DNA of 64,000 nucleotides, from contig OX597816.1 of NCBI GenBank assembly GCA_951406725.2, positions 46,252,001 to 46,316,000 on the forward strand. The letters are read 5' to 3'. The DNA is from Octopus vulgaris (lineage: Eukaryota). This document shows, piece by piece, positions 25,808 to 39,975 of the stretch. The notes under the pieces were generated by a model that saw nothing but the letters and a program-made list of their open reading frames with translations, was not told the origin of the DNA and ran no database searches. How positions within the stretch are numbered: position 1 is the stretch's first letter; each line of letters starts with the position of its first letter. Made by a program: the position numbers and the translations under genes.

Positions 25808-27125
25808 CATGGTGCTGGGTTCAGTCCCACTGTGTGACACCTTGGGCAAATGTCTTCAACTATTGCCTCTGGCTGACCAAATCCTTTTAAGTGGATTTGA
25901 TAGATGAAAGCTGAAAGAAACCTGTTGTATACATACACACACACACACACATGTGTGTGTGTGTGTGTCTTTGTGTCTGTGTTTCCCAACTTGACAACTG
26001 GTGTTGGTGTATTTACATCCCTGTTATTGAGTTGTTCAGCAAAAGAGACTGATAGAATAAGTACCAGGTTTAAAAAAATAAAAATAATTACTGAGGCTGA
26101 TTTGTTTGACAAAAAAATTCCTCAAAGGTGGTGCCCCAGCATGGCCTCAGCCTAATGACTGAAATGAGTAGAAAGAAAGAAAAAAGAAAGTTAAACATCA
26201 CATTTTAAGGATGATTTAATGAAGAACCAAAATTCGAACCTTTTACATGTAGACTCATTTATCACCGCTTCATTTATCACTGATCCACGATAATGTGGTA
26301 TGCTCAATTGTCATCTTTGTTATGCTTAGTATGGATTGATCTGTGATTACATTGAGCAGCGATCAGTTGAACATTCTGCTTGTACTGCAGAAATGTGCCT
26401 CAGCAACCACCCATAATACTTAGCTTCCCAGAATACATTGATTATTGTTCATGTTTTCATGACTAAGCAGTGAGGCTGTGTATTTCTTATATATGTGGAT
26501 TTATTTACTTGTACCCATCAACAAGGGACCAGTAAACAGAAAAATATATGAAGGTGCCCGATCCTAACAAATGATGCAGATGAGTGTTTTCTCTACAGGG
26601 ATAAGTAGAGATAATCAAGAAAATATATGACTGTGGAAGCTTCACTATGGGTTTGGTGCCAATGAATTTACCATTATACATGCAAGCATGCCTTGTAGGT
26701 GCAGGCATAGCTTATAGGTGCCGGTGTGGCTGTGTAGTAAGAAATTTGCTTCCCTACCACATGGTTCTGGGTTCAGTCCCACTGCATGGCACCTTTGGCA
26801 AGTGTGTTCTACTTTAACCTCAGACCAACCAAAACCTTGTGAGTGGATTTGGTAGATGGGAGCTGAAAAAAACTTCATTGTATTTACCATTTTATTTACA
26901 CACACACACACACGTATTTATGTGTGTGTGTCTTTGCGTTTGTGCTTGTCCGCCATCACTGCTTCACACCTGGTGTTGATTTATTTATATCTCTATAATT
27001 TAGCAGTTCAACAAAAGACTGATAGGATAAAATAACTACTGAGGTTGATTTGTTTAAGCAAACCTTTCAAGATAGTAGCCTGGCATGGCTGCTGTCCAAT
27101 GAGTAAACCAAGAGAAAGATAAAAG
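25808..27125 (+). mobile_element. Two family A-related SINEs (25808-26190, 26717-27125)
   Basis: gggttcagtcccactg..tggcacctt...gtggatttg.tagatgg...tgtgtgtgtc body in both. Confidence 0.8.
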
Positions 27126-27169
27126 ATTTGTTTCATTTACAAAGAAAAAGAAAAAAGTAAAGTTACCTT

Positions 27170-27407
27170 TTTGAGTTGCACCTACTCATAAGGTCTGTTT
27201 TCCCAGTTTCATAGCATATAAATTCTCCTCTTGGATGAGACACCAGTCTGTCACAGGTTTACTCATTTTTGTCAGCTGAGTGGACTGAAACAATGTAAAA
27301 TGAAGAGCTTTGCTCCATAACACAACACTCTGCCTGGTCCAGGAATCAAATCCACAATCTTATGATCATGAGTCCAACACCCTATCCACTAAGCCATGCA
27401 CCTCCAC
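27170..27407 (-). mobile_element. tRNA-derived CORE-type SINE (family C)
   Basis: Minus-strand head tgtggaggtgcatggcttagtgg; same family as 56185-56435 and 48475-48800. Confidence 0.75.
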
Positions 27408-27539
27408 AAAGTGCATGGAAATAATTCCTTTATCACCATTTTTTTTTTAACCAAACCCCTGTGATAAACAAGTATAGGTATATTTGATAAACAGTTCGAT
27501 CACTGATTTACTTTAGTACATATTTTATCAATGTTGACT

Positions 27540-27928
27540 AGGCATAGGAGTGGCTGTGTGGTAAGTAGCTTGCTTACCAACTACATGGTACCGGGTTCAG
27601 TCCCACTGCATGGCACCTTGGGCAAGTGTCTTCTACTATAGCCTTGGCCCAACCAAAGCCTTGCGAGTGGATTTGGTAGATGGAAACTGAAAGAAGCCCA
27701 TCGTATATATGTATGTGTGTGTGTGTCTGTATTTGTCCCCCAACATCGCTTGACAACTGATGCTGGTGTATTTACGTCCCTGTAACTTAGCGGTTCAGTG
27801 AAAGAGACCAATAGAATAAGTACTAGGTTTACAAAGAATAAATCCTGGGGTCGATTTGCTCGACTAAAGGAGGTGCTCCAGCATGGCCACAGTCAGATGA
27901 CTGAAACAAATAAAAGAGTAAAAGAGTA
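27540..27928 (+). mobile_element. SINE family A, full length
   Basis: Head ggcataggagtggctgtgtggtaag (A box), gggttcagtccc (B box), tail aaaagagtaaaagagta. Confidence 0.93.
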
Positions 27929-28931
27929 TGCAGTAGGTATGTGGTTATTTTGAAAATACCTCATGGAGTGATGACTATGCTTTACACAGTTATGGATTGC
28001 CCTTTGGCAAGGTATAGCACCCGTTGGCTACCCTGCCAGGTATATGGCAAAGAAATGGGACTGCAGCATGGTGGATTGTGAGGAGGTAGTGGAAGAGCTC
28101 AACTGAGCCAACAGGGCTCCTTACATTGATGCTGAGTGGAGGAATTAGAGAAGTTCAACAGACAGGATCCACCAAGCTGTCAGGAGAGTAACTGCAATGC
28201 ATCCATAGGGGCAAGCATCCGTGGTTGTATAATCAGCTAGTGGAAAATTCACCATGACTCAATCAAGCTCCCGATTCAAATTCATAATAATGGAATTGGA
28301 TGGTGACAAAGAGTCATGGGAATCCATGAAAATAGCATGTCAGAAAAGACTATGCAAGAAGGTAAAAGAGTCAAGCATTTGTAGATTATGAGTTCAAACC
28401 TAGCATAAGCAATTTGTTCTGCCTCTGTGTAACAATACACTTTATTTTACATTGCTGTCATTCACTTAACTGTTGGCGGTCATATCTATACCAATGGTGT
28501 ACAACTACCTCAGACCACAGTCTACTAACCATCTCTACTTTCTGTGTTCAACAGACCTTAAGCATTGAAGTCCTCTCCTACCATGTAGAATTCAATTATA
28601 CATCTTTGTCTTCTTCCCAATCACACTTAAGTTTGTGGCAATAATTGATTTACTCAAGACCATCTTTTATACATGGTTGTGCAGATTTCCCCTTCAGTTG
28701 CTCCATCAAAGGAAGTGTAGAAAATTAAGATTCGACTAATGGTGAAGAAGAAATACATAGGAAATTGCTACAAACTATTTAATTCTATAGAAAATACAAA
28801 ATAGGAATATCTATATTCCAAGTACTGAGTTTTCTAGCAGATAATATTTCCACCCTTACAGAATGTATACATGTACATGATTTACAATTCCTACATTATG
28901 GTATATATATATATATATAGCAATGATACAT

Positions 28932-28999
<68 letters not shown>

Positions 29000-29242
29000 T
29001 TGCTATTATGTTAAACTGTTGTATGTCCAAATTTGGCCAAATGCATTTTTTTTCAATATTTATTTTTCTTGCAATAGGTGACTCTTTTTTGTCAGACTAT
29101 TGTATCTCCAGCTGCTTCAGATGCCAAGATATCAAAAATTGTCAAAGTGTAGTACAATGGTTTTGCTATGGAATGGTGACACTATTTTTTTCATTTTCTG
29201 AAAAAGCAATGTTTTGGACTTATGACACTCTTGCAGTAATAC

Positions 29243-29296
<54 letters not shown>

Positions 29297-32070
29297 TCAT
29301 CATCATCATCATCATCATTTAACGTCCATTTTCCATGCTGGTATGGGTTGGACACTTCGACTGGGCTCTGTGAAGCCAGGAGGCTGCACCAGGCTCCAAT
29401 CTGATCTGGCAGTGTTTCTACAGCTGGATGCCCTTCCAAATGCCAACTACTCCGAGAGTGTAGTGGGTGCTTTTTACATGCCACCAGCACAGGAACCAGT
29501 CGGGGCGAGGGGGCTGGCATTGACCACGTTTGGATGGTGCTTTTTATGTGCCACCAGCACGGGGAGCCAGTCAGGCAGTGCTGGCATCAGCCACAACTAC
29601 AATTTCCATTTGATTGTGGTTTGATTTGATTTTGATGTTCACCCCCATTACAGCCTTGGTTACCAAGGTAGCAGAGGTTATTGACTACTTCCAGTTTCTC
29701 CCCCTGCATGTGATGGAATCTATTTTCTGAACATCTGTGGTTTACTGTCCCTGTGTATCTGCTGCACATAAAAGCTATCTTCCCAGTTAATCTTCCTTTG
29801 ACGTTGTTGCACCTCTTATGCATCCATAGCTTACACTGGGTACATCTTATGGAGTTTCTTCCTAGACCTTTTCTACAGATCAAACAGGGCCATTTACCTG
29901 AAGGGTGTGTGATGCGTTCACCTTCCTACTTACTAGGACTTTGGTTTTTGAAACATTGACTCTAATGCCCTTCGATTCTAAACCTTGCTTTCACACCTGT
30001 AATCTCTTCTCTAGTTCTGGTAGTGATTCTGCTATGAGGGCCAGGTCATCATCATAGAGGAGTTCCCAGGGGCAACCTGTCTTGAATTCCTCTGTTATTA
30101 CCTGGAGGACTATGATGAATAAGAGGAGGCTGAGGGCCGATCCTTGCTGGACCCCTACTTCTACCTGGAATTTTTCACTATACTCATTGCCAACCCTAAC
30201 TTTACTAATGACATCTCTGTATAGGGGCTGTACAGCCCTTATTAACCATTTGTCAATCCCTAGTTTCCACATCACCCATCAGATAAGGAATTGGAGGACC
30301 CTGCCAAAGGCTTTCTCCAAGTCAACAAAAGCCAAGTATAGGGGTTTATCTTTGGCTAGGTATTTCTCCTGCAGTTGCCATACCAGAAATACAGCATCAG
30401 TGGTGCTTTTACCTGGCACAAAACTGAACTGCATCTCATCTAAGCAGACTCTCTCCCGAATTAGATGGGCTATGACCCTCTCCATAACCTTCATCACCTG
30501 ATCCTGCAGTATGATACCTCTGTAGTTATTTCTATCTAAAGTATCATTTTTACTCTTGTAGCAGTTGACTATTGTGTTGCTATGCCAGTTATTGGGTATG
30601 ACTCCATCATGAACTACCTGGTTTACAATACGGTTGACTAGGCCATAACCCACACCACCAGATATTTTAAGCATCTTAGCAGTGATTCCTGATGGGCCAG
30701 GGGCTTTTTCTGTCTTCATACCCTTAATTGCTTTATCTATCAGGGTGCTGTCTATTTGGATAGCTGGTCCCTCTACTTGGTCAACATTTGGCAGGCTCTC
30801 CTCCCATTCATTCTCCATGTTCAGCAGTCTTTCATAATGGCTTCTCCAAGCCTCTTTTTTTTCAGAATCATTAAAAGCAAGTACACCATCATCCATGCGG
30901 ATATGTTTCTCTCCTGTGTTAACATAATTTTCTCTCACACATTGTCTTGCAATCTAAAATACTTCAGTTCTTTTGTCCTCACGTCGCTGGACATTGGCAA
31001 ACTTCTTATCTGCTTTTCCCTTTGCTATGTATACCTGTCGCCCAGCCTCCCTCCTGGCTATCTGGTACGGTTCTCTGCTACTCACACTCTTCCAAGCTTT
31101 CCAGGCCTGTTTCTTTGCTCTAATGGCTTTATCTACTGTATTATTCCACCACCATGTTACTCTAGGTCTGGAAGGGACTTTGCACCATCTGCAGACTTGG
31201 TCTGTGGTACTTAGTAAGCTGTCCTGGAGGAATTTCCAGCTACCCTTGTCCAAGGTCTGTAGCTCCTCTCTCTCATCAAATTTCTTGATAACGATGTCCC
31301 TAAATTTCTGACCATGTGAAGGGTTCTTTAATTTCCAAATCCTTCTTTTCTGGATTGGTCTGCTTCTTGGCATCCTTCTGACCTTGAGTCCAAAGTCACT
31401 AAGGACTAATCTATGCTGGGGGGTACATTCTTCATCCGGGAGGGTCTTTATATTTAAGAACAACCCTGTGTACTGCTGTCTGGTGAGGATGAAATTAATC
31501 TGGCTAGCAGAGTCACCTGATTGATATCAGGTGGCTGCCTGCTTCCTGAAGTTAGTGTTGCAGATTAAAAGGTTACATGCATCACAGAATTCCAGTAGCC
31601 TAGTTCCTTCTTCGTTTTGGGAACCAATACCATGGCTCCCATATACACCAGTGAAGATACCGGATTGCCATCCAGTATGACCATTAAAATCTCCAGCCGC
31701 TAAGATGAGGTCATTGCCACTCATCTTTGAGGTAGCCTGTAGGAGGGTATCATAAAAATGGTCCTTCTGATCATTTGGTAGGTCTGCTTGTGGGGCGTAG
31801 GCAGAGGTAATTGTAGCTGTACTGTTCTGCAGGACTAGCCTGAGGTGAAGAACTCTATCGCATACCCTGACAACCTCTATGATCTTAGCCACCCATTTCT
31901 CCATGTTACCTTGCCAGAAGATTTTATACTTATGTGCCTTGCCTGTGAATCTCCTCTCCATCTTACCTCTTGTATGCAGCATACATTGACATGTCTCCTT
32001 TCAAACATCTCTACAATCTCACTAGACCTACCTTTCAGTGTAACTACATTAACAGTGCCAACTCTGAAAA
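29297..32070 (-). mobile_element. Decayed RTE-clade LINE (APE endonuclease + RT + 3' tail)
   Basis: SAYAPQ, AGDFNGH (APE); NYRGI, LAFVDLEKAF, GVQQGSALS, ELLYDDDLAL (RT); CRKGLGRNSIRCTQC; 3' tail ending (TGA)n at 29297-29317. Many stops and frameshifts. Confidence 0.93.
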
Positions 32071-32222
32071 CTGGAGAAGGAATGTGGGGCAGGCTTGTGG
32101 AGGAGGGATGTTATTCAGCACCTGAAAAGAAGAAAGAGGTTTTGTGTTTGTTTGTTAGACATGCTTCACCTGTTCTCACTTCCGACCTGACTTCATTCAA
32201 ACATTCAAGTGTGTTAAGATTG

Positions 32223-32259
<37 letters not shown>

Positions 32260-32439
32260 TATATGCATATATGAATGTGTTTGTGTGTGTGTGTATGTGT
32301 AATATAAATTATTAAAACTTTTTAAGTTACAAAACAATTTGTCATGGTATTAGCAAGTTCTTGTTGTTAAATAAGATTTCATCAAACTATTTCTCGGTCA
32401 TATATACGGTCACACACGCACACATATATATTTATATAT

Positions 32440-33390
32440 GTATTTATATATCAAGGAGTCTCTCCAGGTCAAGGCTCTACTTCTCTGCTTTGGGAAGGCA
32501 CACACCAATACCATGGACATCTTATTGAGTTTCTACGTATGCCTTTTCTACAGATCGAGCGGGGCCATCTACCTGAAAGGATTTATGATTTGTCTGCCTT
32601 CCTACTTACTAAGACGTTGGTTAACTCTAGGTTAACTCTAAGCCCCTTCAATTCTAGACCTTGTTTCCACACCTGAAACTTTTTCTCTACTTCTGGTAGT
32701 GACTCAGCTATTAGAGCAAGATCATCTGCATAGAGGAGCTCCCATGGGTAACCTGTCTGAAATTCCTTTGTTATTGCCTATGATGAATAAGAGGGGCCTG
32801 AGAACTGGTCCTTAGTGAACCCCTACTTCTACCTGGAATTCTTTGCTATACTTGTTGCCAACCCTCCCATTATTGACAGCATCCCTGTACATGGCTTGTG
32901 CAGCTCTCACCAACTCATCTATCCCTAGTTTCCACATTGACCACCAGATAAAGGATTGGGAAACCCTGTCAAAAGCTTTCTCCATGTCAACAAAAGCCAA
33001 GTACATAGGTTTATCTTTGGTTCGGAATTTCTCCTGCAGCTGTTTTACCAGAAATATAGTATCAATAGTGCTTCTCCTGGCAGAAATCCCAACTGCATCT
33101 CATCTAAAGTAACTCTCTCTCTAATTAGTTGGGCTATGACCTTCTCCATGACTTTCATCACATTGATCCAACGATTTGATGCCTCTGTAACTATTTCTGC
33201 CTAAGGTGTCACCATTACCTTTGAGGCAGTTGACTATGGTGCTGCTACACCAGTCATTGGGTATGACTTCATGTATCACCTAGTTAACTATACGGGTGAC
33301 TAGACTATGGCTTAAACCGCCAGATATTTTAAGCATCTCAGCAGTAATTGCTAATGGGCTGGGGGCTTTCTCCGTCTTCATACCCTTATA
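32440..33390 (-). mobile_element. Second decayed RTE RT fragment
   Basis: YLAFVDMEKAFDRV, EFQVEVGVH, LLYADDLAL; parallels 29850-30725. Confidence 0.88.
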
Positions 33391-33689
33391 TATATATATA
33401 TATATATAAATTTTAAATATCATTGCAATACAATAGTATCACTTTCCAGGTAAATAAATCACTGTAAAGGTAGAATAATAAATAAGAAATAGTGGTACAA
33501 TGAGGCACCTATGTTTGCTGAAAATAGAAGTCAATTACGATACGATGCTATGTAAAGTTTCACTGAAATGCATACTGGCAAAGAAGTATGTGGGTAGCAA
33601 ACTTAAATTTTTGTTTTGCCTTTAGGAAGAACATTGGGAAATGGATAATCTAGGACCTGAATTTCAGACTTTCCAATATATGTTTATAT

Positions 33690-33930
33690 TTCGTTTTGGG
33701 ATTTGGTTTGCAAGATTCTTTATATGAGTTTGTGTGTTGAAGCATATTCTGTTGTGTCTGGGGAGAGTCATTTTCTTTTTGTGCTTTATTATGTAACACA
33801 CTCACTGGTAAAATTTCTACTTATTCCTTATTTTTATCTTCCTAAAATTTTCGTTGTGTCTTGCAACCTTTTCAATAGTCTTACATTATAAGGCACAAAA
33901 AGAAAATGACTCTCCCCAGACATGACACAA
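33690..33930 (-). mobile_element. Fold-back fragment with a U3-A8 hammerhead-like motif
   Basis: 33755-33789 is the inverse of 33888-33922; minus-strand motif at 33841-33880. Confidence 0.65.
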
Positions 33931-34089
33931 TATATGTTTGTTATCATAAATTTGATTAGTCCTCATCAGCTAGATTCACAGGAGAAAAAATTTTAAAATA
34001 TTGCTACATTTTTGGCTGTACACCTAGCTGTTAACAGAACCAAGATTAGTGAAAAAGTTTTCTATGAAAATTTTAAATATTATTGCAAT

Positions 34090-34470
34090 TGTGTGGTAAG
34101 TAGCTTGCTAACCAACCACACGGTTCCGGGTTCAGTGCCCCTGCATGGCATCTTGGGCAAGTATCTTCTGCTATAGCCTCGGGCCAACCAAAGCCCTGTG
34201 AGTGGATTTGGTAAACGGAAACTGAAAGAAGCCTTGTCGTATATATGTATATATATATGTATGTGTGTGTATATGATTGTGTGTCTGTGTTTGTCCCTCC
34301 AACATCTCTTGACAACCGATGCTGGTGTGTTTACGTCCCCGTAACTTAGCGGTTCGGCAAAAGAGACCGATAGAATAAGTACTGGGCTTACAAAGAATAA
34401 GTCCCGGGGTCGATTTGCTCGACCAAAGGCGGTGCTCCAGCATGGCCACAGTCAAATGACTGAAACAAGT
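34090..34470 (+). mobile_element. SINE family A
   Basis: Family A body followed by an A-tract. Confidence 0.92.
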
Positions 34471-34822
34471 AAAAAAAAAAAAAAAAAGTATCACTTTCCA
34501 GCCAAATAAATCACCATAAAGGTAGAATAATAAATAAGAAATAGTGGTACAATGAGGCAACAATGTTTGCTGGAAATAGAAGTCAATAATGATACGGCGC
34601 TATGTAAAGCTTCACTGAAATGTATACTGGCAAAGATGTACCATTATTTCTTATTCATATAAAGTTAAAAGAAGAAATGATACTGGAAACTGGTGCTGCT
34701 CTCTGGTATGCAAAAAGGCTGAAATACATCTGGCATTCTTGCTGGCCACTACTGAGCAATATACATACATACATGCACACACATTGCTATTAAGGAACAT
34801 ACACACATGCACATATCTCTCT

Positions 34823-35167
34823 CTATCCGCTCAGTCGAAGTCGACTCTCGGTCACTCGTTGGATCAGTGTCCTCCAGTCAGTTCTATCCTGGGCCATTTC
34901 CTTCAGTCTGGCCATGTCCATTCCAGTATTACTCCTGATGGTGTCAAGCCAGTGGGTTCTTGGTCGGCCTCTTCCTCTCTTGCCACTGACCATTCCGAGC
35001 ATGATGTCCTTCTCCAGGGATTCTCTCCACATAATATGACCGAAATATGCCAATCTACGCTTGGTGATCCCAGCTTCTAACGACATTTTCGGCCTTATCT
35101 GCTTAAGAACTTCTCCATTGGTGAGCCTCGCTGTCCATGGAATCTGCAAAAGTCTTCTCCAACACCA
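34823..35167 (-). mobile_element. BovB-like RTE LINE, 5'-truncated 3' end
   Basis: Open frame WCWRRLLQIPWTAR...YFGHIM...SLEKDIMLG...GKRGRGRP..WLD...AQDRTDWR...VTESRLRL, the characteristic BovB/RTE C-terminus. Confidence 0.9.
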
Positions 35168-35581
35168 CACACACGCACACACACACACATACACACACAC
35201 ACACTGCCATTAAAGAACATACACACATCCTCATCATCATCTATTTTAATGTTCACTTTCCCATGCTGGTATGGATTAAATGGAGTTTATTCTTAATATG
35301 ACAGATTATCTATTGTCAGATGCTCTTCCTGTCACCAACCCAGCATGTTTCTCAGAAAAGTGAAGGAGGAGGAGGATGTATGCAGTATGCACAGGTGAGG
35401 TAGTATTAAACTAAAATAGCTATTTATGTATCATACTGAATGTATAAACACTTACTGTGGTATTCGTCCCGAGATAACGTTTCTCATGGATGTGGTGTGT
35501 TAAAAACACAATAAATATCAGATGAAAATTCATCTCAGTAGTAGCCAGTGAGAATGCCAGATGTATTTCAGCCTTTACAGG

Positions 35582-35638
<57 letters not shown>

Positions 35639-35781
35639 GTGAGTGTGTGTGTGTGTGTGTGTGTGCATGTGGATAGATAGATAAATATTTAGATGGATAG
35701 ATTGACATATACATTGACAGAGCTAAATAAATGTTTGTCTCTGTAACTTGTTTCATCTTCAAAATCGAAGCTCAACAAATA

Positions 35782-35824
<43 letters not shown>

Positions 35825-35977
35825 GCATCTGCAAATACATACATACATATGCATGTGTGTAAGTATGTATGGGTGTGCATATGCATGCATATACATGTGT
35901 ATATATATATATATATATATATACTTGTATATGTGTGTGTGTGTATATACATACATACTTTTGTATGTACAGATATG

Positions 35978-36016
<39 letters not shown>

Positions 36017-36439
36017 GAGTATAAGTGGCATACATGCATACACACACACACAAAAGCCTGAATACATGCCTATATACATCTTCACCTACATTTATGCAAA
36101 GAATACATCTACAACAACACACACATTTGTGTGCGACCAATCTCTTTGTGTTAAAGACATGCATGCAACAATGACTTATATATTCAGATCCACTCAATTA
36201 TCCAAAAAGACAAACATATAATTACTCAGGGCAATTTCAGGCGCATATAACTTGGCATACACCATAGCAGGGGTAGTAGTAAGGGCAGTGGGTTGTTGCA
36301 GGGGTTGTCAGGTGATGCAGGGGCTCTCGCTATGAGTCTTACAACTGCGTGAGGCTGGTTAATTATTATTTTAGGGCAATTAACCATTTCACACTCCATT
36401 ACAAACTAACAATCCGTGAACAACAGCCTTGCAGCTCCA

Positions 36440-36710
36440 CCTCCAATATCCGTCAACACTACCACAGCCACCACCACTACCACTCTCACTAACACTACTC
36501 CCATGACCACTGCTATTGTGACTGCCAATACCACTACAGCTGCTGCCACCCACCATCACCATCACCACCATAATCACCACATACCAGCAGCAGCACCAGC
36601 ACCACCACCACACACCATACCACCAACACCACCACCATACTACTACTACTACTACTACCACCACCATTCGCCACCACCACTACCACCAACACTGCCACCA
36701 TCATCACCTC
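36440..36710. repeat. Degenerate (ACC)n/(ACT)n trinucleotide tract
   Basis: Visible directly; produces the poly-T/H/P ORFs. Confidence 0.85.
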
Positions 36711-37247
36711 TGACAACACAAACACAATTAGCCAAAACAGAACAGTAACCTCTAACATGGTCACTCAACATGCTAGATATAGCAGCCAAATCTCTCTAAA
36801 TCATACACAAACCATGTTAAAAAGAGCAGAGTCATTGGACAATATAGATTCACAAATAATAATAAACACAAAATGAACAAATAATATATTGTCGTCGTTG
36901 TCGTCGCCATCATCATCATTATCCGCTGTATTAATGTTCACTTTTCCATGCTTGCATTGGGTTGAATGGAGTTTATTGTTATTGTGACAGATTATCTACG
37001 GTTGGATGCTCTTCCTGTCACCTACCCAGAACATGTTTCCCAGCAAAGCAATATTTCTCCATGACCAGACATGTTTTCACAGAATATTGGAAATGAACAA
37101 TGTTGATTTATAACAATTACACAATGTCAAAACAAATGGGCATAAGCACACACTTACACACACACACATGCACACATGTGTAAGTGTATATATATTTATA
37201 TAAAAACTTACTTGGAAAAAGATGCATGGCGTTTGATCATATAATAA

Positions 37248-37550
37248 TCATCATCATCATCATCGTTTAGCGTCCGTTTTCCATGCTAGCATGGGTTGGA
37301 CGGTTCAACTGAGGTCTGGGAAGCCAGAAGGCTGCACCAGGCCCAGTCTGATCTGACAATGTTTCAACGGCTTGATGCCCTTCCTAACGCCAACCACTCC
37401 GTGAGTGTAGTGGGTGCTTTTTACGTGCTACCAGCACAGGTGCCAGACGAGGCTGGCAAACGGCCACGATCGGATAGTGCTTTTTACGTGCCACCGGCAC
37501 GGGGGCCAGGTGAGGCTGGCAACGGCCACGAACGGATGGTGCTTTTTACA
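37248..37550 (-). mobile_element. RTE-associated 3' tail element
   Basis: Reverse complement of ~19960-20272. Confidence 0.85.
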
Positions 37551-38104
37551 TGAGATATATGCATATATACATACATTTATGTACATACCTATGTATATAT
37601 ACATGCATATATGGGTACAGGACATCAAAAAAACATTAAACACAATGAGAAACGAAAGCATAAAAACAAAAACATAGAAACGAACTTTTTTTTGGAACAA
37701 CGAAAAAACAAACAGAATATTCCCCTCCTTCAGTTGCCCCTGTTTCATCTACTCCATGTTTCGAAGGCAAAATATATATATATATATATATATATACACG
37801 TGTGTGTGTATGTATGTATATCTATCTGCATACATATACACACACACACATATATATATATGATGGGTTTCTTTTAGATTCCATCTACCAAATCTCACAA
37901 AGATTCAATAAGCCTGAGGCTATAATAGCAAACACTTGTCTAAGGTTCCATGGATTGGGACTGAACCAGAAATCATGTGGTTGAGAAGCAAGCTTCCTAA
38001 CTACTTAGCTATGCCTGCACACACACATATATAACATACATACATACATACATACATAGCCTGACAGACAAGAAGACAGACAGACAGAATGACAGATAGA
38101 TGGA

Positions 38105-38590
38105 TAGTTTCCTTTATTAGCCATGCAGGGCTGAACACAGAGGCGACAATACAATGTAGAACTTTTCTTTTCGAAAGGGAAAAAAATACCACCAAAAGGG
38201 ATTGAAAGCATTTGGGACATGTAAACAGTGAAATAACAATGTTCCTTTTATAATAGAGTTCCCAAAAGGGGGAGTAAAAATGTAATACAGATTAGGTTTA
38301 ACAATGGAAAGAAAAGCGTACGAGAAAGACCACGGTAACCTCAGGCAGGGAAAGAACACATGAGAGCAAAACACTCTCTCTCTCTCTCTCTCTTCTGGAT
38401 TTACAGGATCATACTCAAAGTAGATAGATAACTTTCTTTATTGGCCATACAGGGCTGAAATATAGAGGGGACAAATACAAATGTAGAACTTTTCTTTTCG
38501 AAGATGGAAAAAGAAAAAAAGGAAACAAATATAAAATTCCGATCAAAAGGGATCGGGAAAAAAAAAAGCGATCAAAAGGGATCGTGTATC
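38105..38590 (-). mobile_element. Two Tx1/L1-like LINE 3' end stubs
   Basis: Minus-strand tails ...ttcagccctg(c/t)atggc(t/c)aataaag(g/a)aa resemble the ends of 55329-56165 and 60880-63562; both abut (GATA)n-type repeats. Confidence 0.55.
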
Positions 38591-39291
38591 AGATAGATAG
38601 GTAGATGGATGGACGGACGGACGGACGGACGGACGGACGGATGTGATTTGTTGTAATGAAGTTAAGAAGTTTGCTCGCTTTTCAACAATTATGATTCTTA
38701 GTTTGGACCATAATGTGGCATCTTGAGTGAGTATCTTCTACAGTGTGTGTGTGTGTATGTGTCAGTGTGCATGTGTTCATCAGTGTAAAATGGTGTGCTA
38801 AAATGCATTAAAAGTATAACTTAATCATTTGATATATATAGGGATCTATAACAAAAATGCCAGACAGGAATAAGTACTGGGATAGTCGTATTATATCATC
38901 ACCTAAAATCCCTTGAAGGCAGTGCCCCAGCATGGCCACAGTCCAATGGCTAAAACCAGTAAAAAAAATACATATACACAGATACGCATATGTACATATA
39001 TACACATGCACATATATACATACACACATTACATACGTATGTATGTGTGTGTGTGTATTGACAGTAATTTCAGAATTTCTTTAAGTATTTGGCTTATTCT
39101 ATCCGTATTTAGTCCTTTATTCAAATAACTCTGCTGTTTTTTATGCATATAAAGATGCTTATTTTCAAACACTTCATACATATACATACATATGTTCATA
39201 TATGTATGTATACAAATATGTACACATAGATGCACATATATGTGTGTGTGTGTGTGTACATGTGTGTGTATATATATATTTTTATTTATTA

Positions 39292-39343
<52 letters not shown>

Positions 39344-39499
39344 CATATGTGTGTGTATGTATATATAGTTAGTTACTTTGATACATAGAGTGATAGGTAG
39401 ATAGATTGATAGCTTATCTACTGATATAAATATAGATATGCACACAAAGGTATTTTGACACACATGCACATACACCCACACACACACCCACACCCAAAG

Positions 39500-39511
39500 C
39501 AGTTACGTAAA

Positions 39512-39579
<68 letters not shown>

Positions 39580-39595
39580 TGTATATATATATATG

Positions 39596-39626
<31 letters not shown>

Positions 39627-39741
39627 GTATATATATGTATGTATATATATATGTATATGTATATATATGTATATATATATGTATATATATATATATGTAT
39701 GTATGTATATGTATATATGTATATATATGTATATATATATG

Positions 39742-39772
<31 letters not shown>

Positions 39773-39787
39773 ATGTATATATGTATA

Positions 39788-39846
<59 letters not shown>

Positions 39847-39934
39847 GTATATATGTATATATATGTATATATATATATGTATATATATGTATATATATGT
39901 ATATATATATTATATATATATATATGTGTGTGTG

Positions 39935-39968
<34 letters not shown>

Positions 39969-39975
39969 TATATAA
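39500..39975. repeat. (TG)n/(TA)n compound microsatellite
   Basis: Visible directly. Confidence 0.95.

Noticed and set aside
28655-28737. Minus-strand exon-like segment ending in in-frame TGA (selenocysteine idea)
   Set aside because: No selenoprotein similarity or SECIS recognised; exon status itself is unsupported.
36416-36748. T/H/P-rich 110-aa ORF
   Set aside because: Trinucleotide low-complexity tract.
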